Positions 1 through 14,829 are shown, numbered from the stretch's first letter. The stretch is 64,000 bases of DNA from Octopus sinensis (GCF_006345805.1 NC_043022.1:16492001-16556000), one strand, 5' to 3'. Notes: a model not told the origin generated them from the sequence alone. Translations and numbers: made by a program.

Positions 1-139
1 GAGAGAGAGAGAGAGAAGGAGAGAGAGAGATGGACACATTTATGTTTCAATACTTTACACAGACCGTTTCTTGTTTGATTTTCAGATGCCATATATACAT
101 TTTGGGGTTAATTGCTTTTATCATAAACAAGTTTAGGAT

Positions 140-325
140 TTACTATTGTGGTTGTTTAACCTCAGGTCAGTATTGATTGAGTAGACACATGATCAAAGAT
201 GTTCCTGCCATGACTATCCTGCTTTTTTCTTTCTTAATTTAAAAAGTATATTTTTAACCAGTAAGGTAGGATTTAAGGGGGAAATAACTGCTGTTTCTAG
301 GAGGCTGAGGTACCCTATAGTTGTT
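140..325 (+). mobile_element. Old copy of a dispersed repeat (family F)
   Basis: The ttaacc..aggtcag...gatcaaag...ctg(c/t)t(a/g)tttctag blocks recur at about 1575-1770, 2700-2885 (minus), 39015-39210 and 60195-60645. Confidence 0.5.
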
Positions 326-1007
326 CAGTATTTAAGCTATTTAAAGTTGCTTCACTTATGAATAAATACATTAAAAAATATATATATTTTTTTTTTTTGT
401 ATTTACTCCCTACCAAAGCACTCTTTACCTGGAGTGAGGTTAGAAAAGGAGAGATCTCCATGGAAACTAAGGAGTACTAGTGCGACTGGATAAATGTTTA
501 AAAAGGACATATAGCTGTGAGACATCGATAACAAATATGCACACACACATAAACACTGACATATACCTCGTTCTCTACAGAGATGTATATCTAGAATCAC
601 ACACACACACACACACACACACACCAAATATAAAAAATAAAGAAACTAACAGCATTGGAACTAGGAGAGCAGACATGAACAATGTTGATATTAAAATTCA
701 TAAAATAAAACAGAAATAGTTTTTGTCTTGGCTTAAATCAATACATTTCGTTTTCTTGATTTTTGATGTTGCTAGTGTTCCTGAAAGAAGGTCATTCTGC
801 TTGTAAATAGCACAGAGTGAGCAGTTTTGTTTTGGCTACAGACAGGCAAAGGGTTAGAGCTTTTTAGCTGAGGAGGAGAATGGTTTTATGATAATTCTCT
901 TCCATCTCATTGGTTAGCAATTGGCAGATAAGAAAAATTACATCTCATCTAAAATTAAATTTAGAAATCATTTTCTGTTATTCTTAACTAAAACTATGAC
1001 CAATTTC

Positions 1008-1030
1008 CATCATCATCATCATCATCATCA

Positions 1031-1071
<41 letters not shown>

Positions 1072-1096
1072 GTTATTATTTTTATTATTATTATTA

Positions 1097-1142
<46 letters not shown>

Positions 1143-1146
1143 CATT
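1008..1146. repeat. Compound (CAT)n/(TAT)n microsatellite
   Basis: Directly visible; it explains the poly-H/poly-Y ORF 921-1148. Confidence 0.97.
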
Positions 1147-1574
1147 AATTGTATCTAATGTTACTCACTGAAGCTAAAATAACAATGTTGCCTTTCACAG
1201 AAACTCTTACCCCATTGTGTGTTGTTCTCCATTGTTATAAGCTCTCCTTGTCTCCTATCAGCATCATCAATTGCTAGCCATCTCCTTATCAATCGGACCA
1301 AATTCTATAGAAACAAGTTAGGCATTGCAACACAAGGAACACGTTCTGGTGATTGAAAGAAACCAAAATACTGTTTCTCAAGTCCAGGAGACAAGAAATC
1401 ACTCATATCTCACATGATATCTTTTCAATGCCATTTTATTTAAGAACATTAGAAATGTTTCACAACTCACTTTGCGTCTCTGTTTAATTCAGCTTTTACA
1501 TTTTAAAACTGAAATTAATAACTCCACTAAAAAAAAGTAGACCTGTTTTGTTTTATGTTTGTTTTTGTCTGATT

Positions 1575-1770
1575 AATCCCAGGTGAAACCTTGATTGAGC
1601 AGCTCCACAACTAGTGGCATCCCAACAGTGCCCTGCCCTTTATTTTTACAGACAGGTTATCTTATGCTATCCAATCCAGTGTGATCTTCCCTGTTTTTAA
1701 GACTGGAACATGGATTTGAGAGAGACTTAGCTTCTATTTCTAGCAAGATGCATGACTACTTAACGAAGCC
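1575..1770 (+). mobile_element. Family F repeat, old copy
   Basis: aatcccaggtgaaaccttgattgagcag ... gatttgagagagacttagcttctatttctagcaag matches the other family F copies. Confidence 0.5.
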
Positions 1771-1944
1771 AGTTTTTTTCTCATTTGTATCAATTATCCA
1801 TTTTAAACATAAATCTAATGCTAGTAACACTTATAATTATCCTTAAAATTCGAGTGGTGTTTGTATAAACTGTTTGGGGTATGTAACGTTTTAGAATAGG
1901 CTAACTTCATATGTAATAACATTTTTATGTTGGCTCCTAAATTC

Positions 1945-2400
1945 ATTCTTCAGCTTTCATTCAAAATATCCTTTGTTGAATAAAGCTGTTGTTTTCGACT
2001 GGTGCCACTTGCTCTAGTCTTGTTTCCCTCTACTATCTTTATCTCAATTTGTCAAAATTGTTCACCATAAGCGTCTGTAGATAATCATAGCTTCAGTTGT
2101 AGTTTCTGGGTGGACTGGGTCTCGTTTGTTAACCTCAGAGGTCCGTTTTTTTTCTCTGTTGTTCTTGTCATGTAACCTGTCCAGTTCTGCTTCAACTGTT
2201 TTGTCTTTGAGAATGTCACAGACACCCGTTTCCTTCCCCATCCACTGAAATCTTCTCTTATCCTTTCATTGTTTTTAGTTTGACAGATTCCAAATCTTTG
2301 AACCCCATCTGACTATTGCTAATTTTGACTTGTAAACTCTTCAGAATCAAATCAGAATACAGGACTTGAAGATGGAAACAGTCTGGTCTGACTCTGCCCT
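1945..2400 (-). mobile_element. Decayed RTE-clade LINE, 3' end of ORF2 plus 3' UTR
   Basis: The minus strand encodes QLKQNWTGYMTR, resembling the RTE motif LKWxWAGHVAR. The terminal segment is shared with 4035-4225. Confidence 0.5.
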
Positions 2401-2699
2401 TAATCTCTTCTTTCTTGAAGGCATTGATGTATTAACCTTATGAGATATATGAGTTAACCTATGGGAGAGTCTTACTTTCATTTTTTATTTTTTTCTTCTA
2501 GTTTTTGTTGGTAAGTTTATTGTCTACCGAATACTACTTCAGAAAGAAAAGGACCAGCCTATAGCTTATAGAGGTCCTTTTTGATTAAATGGCTATCACA
2601 TGGTTAAGAATGGTTTAGTAAATTACCATATTTGTAAAGTGTCAATAAGTAACAATGTTTATATATCTTGAAAATTTCACTTTGTATGAGACATGTATG

Positions 2700-2885
2700 A
2701 GACAAGCTGAACCAGTGAGGCAGCCTCTGCAGTGTTATTTGCCCTGCTAGAGTTAGCAGCTAAATCTCACATAAATCACATCTATTATTTTTAAGAAGGG
2801 AGGAAATATTTAATATAAAAAAGAAACTGGCAAATCTCAGCTGGAACACCTTTGATTATCTGTTTACTCAATCAGAACTGACAAC
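2700..2885 (-). mobile_element. Family F repeat, old copy
   Basis: ctgctagagttagcagctaaatctc ... gctggaacacctttgat is the reverse complement of the family F blocks. Confidence 0.5.
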
Positions 2886-4034
2886 AACAACAACAACAAG
2901 AAATGTAGATTGGAAGGATTTCTCAATGTTTTCTCTCACTGTATATGTGAGACTTAATCATTTAAAAGGTAAGGTTGAATTGGAAGCTGTGGCATTCATA
3001 CTTTTCCCAAGAGCATTAGTGAAATGAAATCTATTTTGGACTTCTTTAACCAGACCCTTCCACCCCCTGCTACTCTCCCCCATTTTTACTAATTACTTCT
3101 GTAAATACAAAACAAGTGATTCATAGGAAATTTTACTACAACTGTCATAAGATGAAGGAAAATTATATTTATGATTTTCTCAAGATGCAATTATAAAACT
3201 AAATTTAATTTTCCCTGTTATAGGCAGTCAATATATTTCACTAGAATTTTCTAGAAATACCAGCAGTTGAGCCAAATATTTAGACTTAACAATATGTGAG
3301 AGGAGATTAAAATACTCCAAAGTACGTCTATTGTGCTTCAACAAATAGAGACACAAATATTAGCCGTCAGGTTGGTGGTTTTCAACATCTCTGAGCTGCA
3401 GAGACTATAAAACAATGCAACAGTAACAATACATTACTTACTGAATTGTGTATGTTTTTACTGGTTCTTCTCTAACCATTCGTGAATCTTGATAACATTT
3501 TCCTTGTTTTGTTGTTGTCCTGCTTTTTTAAAAATTTCCAGACTACAAACTGGAGCTTATCTCATTTCCTATCACATCAAAAAGAAACGAGAAACATTTC
3601 TTCCTTGGGTGGGATTTTTTTCCTTTTTCACTTAGGTTTTTTTTTTTCTATCCAAAGACTCTGTGTGTGTGTGTGTCTGTCTGTCTGTCTGTCTATCCAT
3701 ACACTCTCTCTCTCTCTCTCTCTCTCTCCCCTCCAACTGCTTCATCACATATCCACCAAACCAACCAGAAGTCACATGCTCAAGCTGTCAGTCTGTGACT
3801 TGTGCTCCTTGTTCAGAAGTGATGAATGACTAAATATCCTTGGAAAGGTTTGAACTCCTTCCCTTTGATCTCCAAACTGGCAGCCAGATGGAATCAGTCC
3901 TCATGTATTATCCATCCACACAAACTTCCTCACCTCTTTCAGTGGTGTTTGTGCAAACTGTTTGGAGTCTTGTAACATTCACAACGAGCTGTCTCCATTT
4001 GATGATAACACTTTCATGTTGGCCACCAAAATTT

Positions 4035-4225
4035 ATTCTTCAGCCTTCATTCAAACTATTATCCTTTGTTCTTTGTTGGACATAGCACTTATTTTCAGCT
4101 GGTGCCATTTGCTCCCCATCATTTATTATTTTTTTCCCCCATTATCTTTATCTCACTTTGGAACCAGGTGCTTTAGGGTTCATTCTCAGTACATGGACTA
4201 CATTGGCTGGTGTTGTTTTAGGTTG
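4035..4225 (-). mobile_element. Second copy of the RTE-like 3' end
   Basis: attcttcagccttcattcaaa...ctggtgccatttgctc aligns with 1945-2020. Confidence 0.45.
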
Positions 4226-4235
4226 ACCAATTATT

Positions 4236-4420
4236 CTTTCTCTCTCTCTCATCCCCCTCTCTCTCTCATCCCCCTCTCTCTCTCCCCCTCTCACTCCCCC
4301 CTCTCTCCCCCTCTCTCCCCCTCTCTCTCCCCCTCTCTCTCCCCCTCTCTCCCCCTCTCTCCCCCTCTCTCCCCCTCTCTCCCCCTCTCTCCCCCTCTCT
4401 CTATCTCCCTCTCTCTCTCT
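4236..4420. repeat. Polypyrimidine (CCCCCTCTCT)n/(CT)n tract
   Basis: Visible 10-nt periodic C/T array. Confidence 0.95.
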
Positions 4421-5768
4421 TGAATGTTAGGTGGAACATGAACCCACCTGTTTTTCTTTTTATGTCTAACATGTGCTCTTCTTATCCTCTTTTACTACTT
4501 TAGCAGTGATGGCATCAATAATCAAGGTTTATAGGTTGTTTTTTGTTTTGTTTATTTTATTGCTTATCTATTCCTTGTTTTGTTATTTCTACCTAAGTAT
4601 CAGCATCCATAATTTCTGATATTGCTTCTCGGTTGTGGAGGAACTTAGAGCATAAATCTGTCGCTCAGAATAATCTTTCCTCAATTCATGTACTTCAGCT
4701 GTGTTCGTGTGTTATCTTCTTCATCTTTGTTTACGCTCCATCTTATTATCTCATCATGTTCTCTCCTTCCATTTCATTAACTCAAAAATATTCTGACTAT
4801 TATTGTTGTTTTTAAAGCCAGCTTCTGCTAAATTCTGTTTTGTCTGGCAGCTTCTTCTTCTTCTTTTCCAGCCTAACTGTTTTGTTTTCACTGGTCTCTT
4901 TAGTTCTTTTGTATCTTGCCTCAGCTTAAATAATATTCTTTCGCTTGTTTCACATTTCTTTTCCAAGCATTTTCCCTTTGTTCACAGTCAGTCTCTAGTT
5001 CTAAGGGTACCCCCACCCCCACCTCACCCCATATATTTCATGTCACTTGTTTCTTTTCTTGCTTTGTTTTTTTGTCTCTTTGATAAACACACACACCTTA
5101 CCTCTGTCATCCATTCCAAGCTGGAGCAAAGGTGTGAAAGTGCCTCCTCCTTATATCGCAGACTTTCTTCATCAGGTCTTCTTTCTTTATTATCAACTTT
5201 TACTCAACAAAGTATTATTTTGGCACTTGAATTTTTTTTTTTTCCCCCCTGTTTTTGTGTGTAGGTTTATAAAAATTTGCTAAAAGCAAGAAATGACCAA
5301 AACCCATTTCAGTTGAGTTGTGATACACTCTAGTAGTTTTAATAAAGGCTTCCTCATTCCCTGAAGAACAGATGTAGCGTATCTGATTGAGAATCTGGTT
5401 ATTGTTCAGGGAGACATTTTCCCAACTGGCAAGACAAGAAATTTGTTATTGCAACGGTGTTTATTGCATAAAACCACAGTTGCTCTGATCCTTCATCTGT
5501 CAGTTCCTTGGCATCATATTTTTTTTAATATCTGGATGGTTCCTGGATTGATTTTTTTCTAACTTACATACAATAAATTGGTAGAATGACTGGTTGGACT
5601 TTTTCCAATTCTCCACACCCTGAGTTCAATTCCTGTTCTGTTACCATAAAACAGTGACACTTTTGTTAATATTAGTGGAAATGACTTCTTTGGTTTGATA
5701 AGAAGACTGACTGTCTCCACCACCTTATGTGTATACACACACATACCACTCCTATACACATGCATACA

Positions 5769-5822
<54 letters not shown>

Positions 5823-6496
5823 TAAGAATTATCAATCATAAGAACACACATCTGCCTGCTAGAGATAAGAGTTAAAACGCTTGTTCAAACCACCAAAACT
5901 AACACTGAAAATAAAAGAATCAACAGTACTCGAGCGAGTATACACAGATAGAAAGATAGATAGATAGATATACACTCGTGTATTTAAAAATAAAGAAGCT
6001 GCAGTTTAGAAAAATGTAATTTTCTTTAAGCGTATTGCTTGTAAGTTATTTTAATGAGTTTATTTCAATAGAGTTAAGATTTTAAATGTTGGAGATGGGG
6101 ATAGAATAATGTGACAAGCAAAACAGCTTTGCATTCACTGCCTTTCCACCAATCATCTTCAAGAAACAGATTACATTAACCAGAATATATTGACTGTCAT
6201 CAGAACGATGGAGCTTTTATATGAATAAAAATAGATAAATGAGAGAAGAAGAAGAAGATTCCTTCTTTGATGCTTCTTGATTTTTTTTGTCACAGTGAAG
6301 AAACAGACTTAAAATATTTTATTTTTTTACATCAACATTCCCATCCCTCAGCCTCGGCAGCTAATATCACAGATTCGAACAACAAGGAGACTTTACTGGC
6401 TCTGTTTTGTGCCAGTCAATTAATATTTATGTTTTAATTCTGTATTGCATTCAATTTTTGTATAATCAGCTCAAAATGCCAGTCGACAACATGGAG

Positions 6497-6499
<3 letters not shown>

Positions 6500-6560
<61 letters not shown>

Positions 6561-6621
6561 CACACACACACACACAACACACACACACACAATCACACAC
6601 ACACACACACACACACACACA
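6500..6621. repeat. (CA)n microsatellite
   Basis: Directly visible. Confidence 0.97.
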
Positions 6622-7225
6622 TGCCTCTGACATATTAGTATTTCCTATTTAACTAGTTTCCTTTCACAATTCTTCCTATTAGCAATAAAAGTGTCAAAGA
6701 TGTTTTAAAATTGCCCCCTCTTTCACCTGTCCCTACCTTTCTTCTGTCTGATTGCAATTTATTTCCTCTTCTTCTTCTTCTTCTTTGCAAAGGGCTTTTT
6801 AACATTTGCTTTTCAGAAAACCCTGCTGTAGACTATTTAGTATTTATTAAGAAATTCATTTAATATTCACCCAGAACAGTTCAGATGCCATCCTTTGAGT
6901 CTTCTTATCGAAGCTTTTCTCGCATTTTCATTTTACTAATCTGTAATGATATTTATCAATGTACCTATACATAATACTAAACCTTGAAAGTATAAAATAC
7001 TTCTTTTTTTTTTCTATTTTAAATTCTATTAAGTTTTGTAGACTCAGAATTTTATCGCTATTTTTAAAAATTTTATGTTATTAATTCAGCAGAAAATTCC
7101 TTGATCGCTGAAGCTTGTTCTATTCAACATAATTATGTTTTTAGAAGTGAATTTGTAACATTCTCTTTCTAACATTGTAAAGAAATACTTGATTATTAAG
7201 TAGGACTCTAAGCAAACACTAATCA

Positions 7226-7261
<36 letters not shown>

Positions 7262-7980
7262 AGTGCTTAGAATATTTCCCTTCAGAGAAAGAGAGAGTGT
7301 TTTGACATGAAAGAACTGTTTCAATGAAAATATCTCAAATATTCTGCTGCTATTCATGCCACAATCTTTAATATTGTATTTGGTGCTAATTCACTACATT
7401 ATGAATGACATGTGCAAGTGGTTGTGAAAGCTGATGTCAAACAGGAAGACAGACGGCAGAGAGCAAGGCCAAATGTTCTGGTTCAGTGCAATAAGCCAAT
7501 GTTGACATTAGGCCTAAAGGAACTTTGTAATTAAAGTCTGGCATTAGGGCATGACAGAGACATCTGAAGTAGATAGGGGCTTAGTTTGTAATGTATGTGG
7601 CCAGAACTAAAGAACTAGATCTCGTTAGGCAAAGACTGAACAACCAAAAATAGCTTATGTTCATTGAGGTGGGACCTTTGAGGATTTCATTAGAAAGTTG
7701 TGTGACCACTCATGCTGTGCAGCCAAAATGCTTGTGCAACTGGCATTCATTTGCACCCTCTGTTTCCTCTGTGTGCAATGATAAAGGCAGCTAAAAGAAG
7801 TTGAGGTAGGATTTGCACTCTGACCTTATAGAACCCTCATCAGCTACGACTACCCAAGAAGACCCATGGGCTGGAGGGTTATTGCTTGAGTGGTGCAGAG
7901 GTGTCATCAGGTAGGAGCAGGAGGGAATCCCCAACAAATGGTAGATGCAACAACATGCTGTTACAGCACATGACCTCATA

Positions 7981-8023
7981 CTGCTGCTGCTGCTACTACA
8001 GCTACTACTGCTGCTTCTTGCTG

Positions 8024-8056
<33 letters not shown>
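7981..8056. repeat. (CTG)n/(CTA)n microsatellite
   Basis: Directly visible. Confidence 0.95.
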
Positions 8057-8057
<1 letters not shown>

Positions 8058-8245
8058 CCATGATGACTGTCATCACAAAATGACTGAGATTAGTTGTGGA
8101 GACTGTAAGGAAGTCCTCACAGAGAACATGAACATGTTCTGCATAGCTGCACACTTTGTTCCCTGGCGGCTCTTGATGCTCAGTCAAGTGGCCACACACA
8201 GGTTCCATCATTGGTTTCAACTGTTGAATGCACTGCAGCAATGGC

Positions 8246-8295
<50 letters not shown>

Positions 8296-8882
8296 ACACA
8301 CACACACACAGAGTTTTAGACTTCAGCAAACTTGATATCATCACTTAATATTCATAGGTTCTTTTGATTCCAATCCTTTTCCCTTACACTCCCTAAGCAT
8401 CTTTTGCTAAGTTTCCGTAGCATAAAACTAGTCTCCACTGTACAATAGTATAAAATATATTATTTAAAAATCATTTCCTAATACACAAGTTTATACGATT
8501 GTTGAATAGTTGGGGGCCCCAGCCCTCCCCTTACTCTAAAAAAAACCTGCCTTTAGAAAATTTGCACTGCACACCTTCCTTATTGATTGAGACAAGTAAT
8601 AAAGACAATTTGTTAAACTACCTGGTAATGTTTTTTCCATGTTTAGACATTAGTGGTGGAAAAACAGGTTTCAATTACTTTGAACACGTGTGAAATTGCT
8701 TTAATCTATCTGCTTTATCGGTTGATCTGTCTATCCATACCTACTTATCTATGAAATAGCCGACAGTCTCCAGGGACTCATCTTCATAATAAAGCATTGT
8801 AAAAAGTATTTTAAATTAATAATTCATTCATAATTCAGAACATAACCTGAGATTGATAATCACTTTGAGTTCTCTTTAGAGG

Positions 8883-8883
<1 letters not shown>

Positions 8884-8919
<36 letters not shown>

Positions 8920-9351
8920 TAATAATAGTAATAATCTCTCAAATGTAAGTAATGGAAAATGGATGTATGGATAGACAGACAGACGGACAGATGGATGGAT
9001 GGATGGATGGATGGATGGATGGGTGGATGGATGGGTGGATGGATGGGTGGATGGATGGATGGATGGATGGGTGGATGGATGGATGGGTGGATGGATGGAT
9101 GGGTGGATGGATAGGTGGATGGATGGATGGATGGATGGATGGATGGATGGATGGGTGGGTGGATGGATGGATGGATGGGTGGATGGATGGATGGATGGGT
9201 ATATGAATGAAGAGATTGAGGAATGAAAACATAAATGGACAGATAGGTGAATGGATAGATGGATAGATACATAGATACATACATAGACAAATAGACAGAC
9301 AGATAGACAGAAAAATAGATACATTCAGATATAGATGGATGTGTGTGTGTG

Positions 9352-9388
<37 letters not shown>

Positions 9389-9410
9389 AGAGAGAGAGAG
9401 AGAGATCAAT
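8884..9410. repeat. Compound (TAA)n-(GGAT)n-(GATA/GACA)n-(TA)n-(GA)n microsatellite block
   Basis: Directly visible; it generates the MDGW and PSIH pseudo-ORFs. Confidence 0.97.
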
Positions 9411-10593
9411 TTGATCTGGAACTGGATTGATAATTCAGTTGTTTAAATGAAGTTTGTGTGAGAGTGTCTTTCCTATTAATTCCTTAGGGAATTTAATATC
9501 TAAAGTTTCAAGTTTTAAACAATTTAGAAAATATTGGAATTGATTGTGTAAGAAGAGTTCTAATATGACACTCCACGAAGAAAAATAAAACAATAATTTA
9601 CAAATATTTTATACAATAAACTAAAATATTCTCAATTTAACTTGTTATCTGATTACACTATATTGTAAATTAAATTTTACTTTAAGAAAATTAGATTTGC
9701 ATTTTATTTTTCTATTATATTTTTGATGGAAAATAAGCTATTAAGATTTTAAAACCAAAACCAAACCCACCAGCTATAGAAAAGATGTAAGTTTACTTTT
9801 AAATCTTGATTTACCACTATTAAATAAATAAAGAGGAGCAGAGAGCTGAGGAGGTAAGTTGGTGAGCTGCTTGAGTTCAAAGCTTGTGAGTTCAAATCCT
9901 AGCTATTTAGCTTTGTGGCATTAAACTAACTATTAGAAAAGTAATGGTAAAATCCTTTAAGAGGATAAATTCCATCAACTATATATGGATGTTTGTATGA
10001 TGTATGCATGTATGTTTGTCTTTGATGAAAATGTTTGTAAATATTTACAGATGTAACTTCAAAACGTTCTCCAACTCCAACGCTTGTTGAAAACCTATCT
10101 TTGAAATTTAAACTAGAGCTTATCACCCTTTATTTTAGGTTCCAAAACTCTCTTTGTTCTTTTCCTTCATATCTCTTATCATCCCATCTTGTCTCTTTTA
10201 TCCTTCTCTCCTTCTTCTTCTTATCTCCTCCTTACTTTTCTTCCCTACCCCTTTTTCTCTATCATTCCATCTTGGTGTTTTTCTGTCTTAACACCAGTTT
10301 TTTGTGCTTCTCTTTTCTCCCCTCAACTTCTTTGCCCCTTACCTTTCCATTTCTTGCCTATTTTCTCTCCCTATTTACACCCCTTCCTGTCTTGGCCCCT
10401 GCCTCCCTCCCTCCCTTCCCACTCTTCTCTCTTTTCCTAGTCCTTGCTTCTCTCTCTCTCTTCCTTCCTTGTCTCTCCCGCTCTTCTAATTGGTTATATT
10501 TGAACACATGGTCATTAAGGTCAGCCTTTCCATCACCATAACTACACAGCCAACATACATTTATTATAGTTATCTCTTTTTTTTTACCATCTC

Positions 10594-10624
<31 letters not shown>

Positions 10625-10679
10625 TAAGCTTCCTTTTTGTTAGGTTTTAATGAACTTCTTTGATAGTAAACTTTCCTTC

Positions 10680-11260
10680 TATCCCTTAGCAATCTTTTGT
10701 TTTGATTCTCTCTCTATTAAGATTCATAATTGTTAAATAATGACTTCGGTATTTCATTGCCAAAATATATTTCCAGCAAAATTCAGATAAATTCCTCTTT
10801 ATGAATGCAACATGTTTTTAAACAGAAACAAATAAAACATCAAACAACATACAAAGCTCTCGAATTTGGCTTCTTTCCAAATTGGAAATATTATTCACAA
10901 AATATAAGACTAAATTAGAAGGATGGTAAATTTTTGACTTTTCCTTCTCTATATTCTTCAGTAAAAGAAAATCTAATCCTTTAATCGGAATTGGCATAAC
11001 AGTAAACCGTTAAAGCAATACAACCTGATCCTCCCAAGTTTTCACTACAATTTGTTTATAGTCAATGTTTATGGCTACAGAAGAACCATAATTTGTTCTC
11101 TTGTTGCGTTTGTAATTTTTGATCGTATGACATTGGTAATGCATTCCTTTCTCATTTTCTCTTGACCTTCCACTCCATTCCATTCCTCTTGAGGTTTCCT
11201 CAATGCAGTAGAATGTCTTATTTTTCCGTTCTGCTCCTTTGACCAATATATTTATCAATT
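10680..11260 (-). mobile_element. Highly decayed L1-like reverse transcriptase relic
   Basis: ORF 11010-11258 contains NYGSSVAINIDYKQIVVK, resembling L1 NYRPISLLNIDYKI. A possible RGIKQG remnant lies near 10700. Confidence 0.3.
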
Positions 11261-12739
11261 CTCAATGACTTAACCATTATCAATTTGATGATAACCAGTT
11301 GCTTATTCATTAGGCACCCCACAGGAATATCTTTATTATTTATTTGAATGATTGCCCTGAGCTACTCAAATGTCTTTAGGTAATATCATTTTAGACATAT
11401 TGCCATACATGCATTTCTTCATCTGGCTGCTTCTGTCTGTGCTTATAAAATTGTGTGTGTGTGCATGTACGAGAGAGAGAAACTGTTTTGCTTTATGTGT
11501 TTATGCATTTCACTACATATGTATTTCTGCATATAAGTAAGTTAGTGAGCATTTATGTGTGTCTGTGGGTGTGTATATGTAAGTACAGAGTATAATTTAG
11601 TTAGACCTCCTGCCTACTGTTATAAGATAACCAAGAGAGACAAAAGTTGCCATTCATTTCTACACTAACCCTACTTATTTCTCAGTAACATTCAATTGAT
11701 ACTTGCTCTCCAACTATTTACGCAATGAAGACACCAGACTAGCATTTAAAGGGTTAATTTGTCCCTTCACTTTTCCTCAAACTCATAGCAACCCTGTTTC
11801 TAATGAAACAGTCTACATTTCAATTAATTTTTGAAAATAATCAAGAATTTGGAGGGATTTAGTAAAATAACTGGTTTTCCTAATATTAAGCTGGTGTTTG
11901 GAACCCAGATCCTCATAACAATTCAGAAGGTTTTAATTTTAGTTACAGACACTTGAAAACCACTAGTTTTTGTATTTCATAGAAGATGCAGCTATTCCAG
12001 GTGGGTTAATAAATTATCATTTCTGTAATTAAATCAATTGTATTTTGTTTTGTATAATGATTTCACTCCCACCTTGTGTTTCCTCCTCCTCTTCTCTCCC
12101 ACTTTTCAGACATTACTCTTCATTATCCTCATCTGCTAAGACTGAGACACTCCTTCACACTAATCACCCACAAGCTATCTTTTACACTTCAAATATATGT
12201 GCTGCTTTTTCATCAAAGGAAATTTGCATTCCTCTTTGAAGAAATATTAATGTAAATTATTATTATTATTATATATATTTTTTTGTTCATTTTACACATC
12301 TAGAATGTTCTCTCATAAACCAAACAGACTTCTAGAGCCAAAGGAAATTATATCTATTTTACATAGAACTGAATTGGTGAGAGAAAGGCAGCTTTCTCAA
12401 GAAGGAATGATGCTTAACAACTGCACTTTAATTACTTATATTATAGGTTAATTAGCTGCCTGGAAAGAATAAACATTGTTGTTGTTATTTCATTTGTTAT
12501 TAGTGACACCAAGAAAGCAAAATAAAAGAGAAATTTCTATTCTAGCAGCTTGCTTATTAGGTTACGAAAAACACCTTGTTTTATCACAATATATATCATG
12601 ATTGTTATCACACAGAATAATATTCTATTTTTTGTTGAAATAAAGGAATGATGTACAAGTGTGGTTACCTTCTTGCCTTGTCTAGGTTTTGGGTAGGATT
12701 TGAACTCTGAAATCCTCTTCATACACAGTTCTATTAGTA

Positions 12740-12885
12740 ACCATTTACAGCTAGGTGGACTGGGCAAATGAGAGTCAAATCTCTTTGTTAAGGGACTAGT
12801 ACAGTGCTGGTGATAGGAAATGAACCAGCCATTCTTTGGCTTGCAGGTCAACACCCATCTCTATGAATTCAACCACTGTGTCTCT
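12740..12885 (-). mobile_element. Old CORE-type tRNA SINE (family D-like)
   Basis: The minus strand has a tRNA-like head followed by gtcccttaacaaag...gcccagtccacctagctgtaaatggttac, a CORE-like block. Confidence 0.55.
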
Positions 12886-14829
12886 TTAATCTCATATTTG
12901 CACTATATCTTTCTGGTAATACAATTAAAAAAAATTAATAATGTCTGTAAGTTCATTTTGTTGAGTCAATTAGTCTACCCATCACCACTTATCATTTTTA
13001 ATTTAAAAGTTTGTGACTGCAGCAGTCAATTGAGGGAAACAATTCTCTCTTTTTCTCATAAATAATTCTAAATACGCTGAACAGTGCTCCTAACCCCTGC
13101 ATGGCTTTTGAAGTCTTATCTGGTTTCAGGTAGTTTTAAATGATTTTTGGTGTAACAGCTGTTTAACCTGTCTTCAGCAACATTAAATGAAACAGCAGCC
13201 CACATTTCAAAAGACATCCTTGTCATTATCACCTCCGTCATCACCTCCATCATCATCATCATCATCATCACTGTTGTCATTGTTGCCATCTTTTTGTGTG
13301 GACCTTTAATATTCTGAGATTTGATGTCAGCTTCCTTCTTGTGTTTTCTCCATACTTCTTTTGGCTCTAGAATCTTTCTGTATCCATTAGCCAGACTGTA
13401 GGGCATGGCATCCTCTCAAATGTCTTTTTTTCAAATTGACAATCTTAGAGTAAAATTACTTGCTTTTTGCTCAGGACTTCTCTGACAAAAAGTTCTCTGT
13501 TTAAGGATTGAACTTATTTCCTTTTAATTCTTTTTCTAGGTCTTTGCATATTTGTTCATCAGACGTTCAACACCTTCTTCTTGCTTTCCCATTCACCCTT
13601 CCAGGATTGTTAAGACAAAACGTCTAATATTATATGCTGTATTTATTTTGTTACACCAACTCATGGTTTCAACATATCAAAGGCAGAGAGCATTCCCCTA
13701 AATGTGGGTAACCATGTACCTCCAAATACAAGAACCACAGTCAGTTTTAAAGCCCCACTAGTAAAGTTTCTAAAAACCTCTCTGAAATATATTACTGAAG
13801 CCCAAAGACCCAAACAGTAATTTGATAGAAGCTGAATAACTGTAATTTTTGTAATTTTATGATTTATTATTTTCATGAGCACAGATGCCCTCACATATGT
13901 TATACACATGTAATTCACCCCTGTTACTAAAAAGACTCCCCGTCTCTGCCATATTAGATAATATTGGCAATTAACAACACCACTATCATTATTATTGCTA
14001 CCATGTACACACACACTCACACTGATGTATAAGCCATTAATCCTACAAACCTATATAAGTAGATATTGAAAGTGAGTTTTCTTTTGTATTATCCTCTTGA
14101 TATTTTGTTTCGGCATCATAGGAAATGGAGTAAATACAAAACTGTCCCATAGTGGATATCATAACTGATCAATATTTATATTTAGATGATTTACCAAACC
14201 AATAGATCAGAATTGGCTGCTCGGTATTTCAGCAAGTTCTGACTTTCGTCTTAGAACCATCTGGTAATCTGGCAGTGAAATTAAAGTTGATATCTGTTGA
14301 AGTGAAATAATCAATGCTTCTTTCATCTAAGGCGAGCAAATGAACAGCATTTCTAACCAAATGAAAATGCTCACGTCCTGCTTTGATCATCATGATGATG
14401 ATGATCATGATGAAAAGACATTAGTTAATGTTTATACATTCTCTGTGTGTGATGGTTTTTGACTCAACATCATTTAGTGAGAGTGTTGTATGTCAAAGTG
14501 TTTTGTTGTTTTTTTTTAATGTTTATAGTTGTTTACATTCACACATACACAGATACATATGCAACTCATAAAGTTAATCCCCAATGTAATATTTAGACAT
14601 GAAGAAAACATTATGCTTTATATATACTGCTTACAAGAACTATGTGAGTGTATGTATGATATATATATATAATGTACATGTGCATAGATATCCAAATATA
14701 TACAGCCTAGATGCTGATGTTTATATAAATTATAAAGTTTATATATAAATATATATGATATTATTTTTTGCAATCTTCCATGAAAACATGCCTGGCCATT
14801 GTGCTGTTTGTTGTTCTTCAGAACCAGGG

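Noticed and set aside
7830-7865. Minus-strand CTGATGAG and a possible ribozyme
   Set aside because: No GAAA at a workable distance and no consistent hammerhead or HDV fold.
8835-9409. Several 75-156 aa ORFs (MDGW and PSIH repeats)
   Set aside because: Translations of the (GGAT)n microsatellite, open in many frames on both strands.
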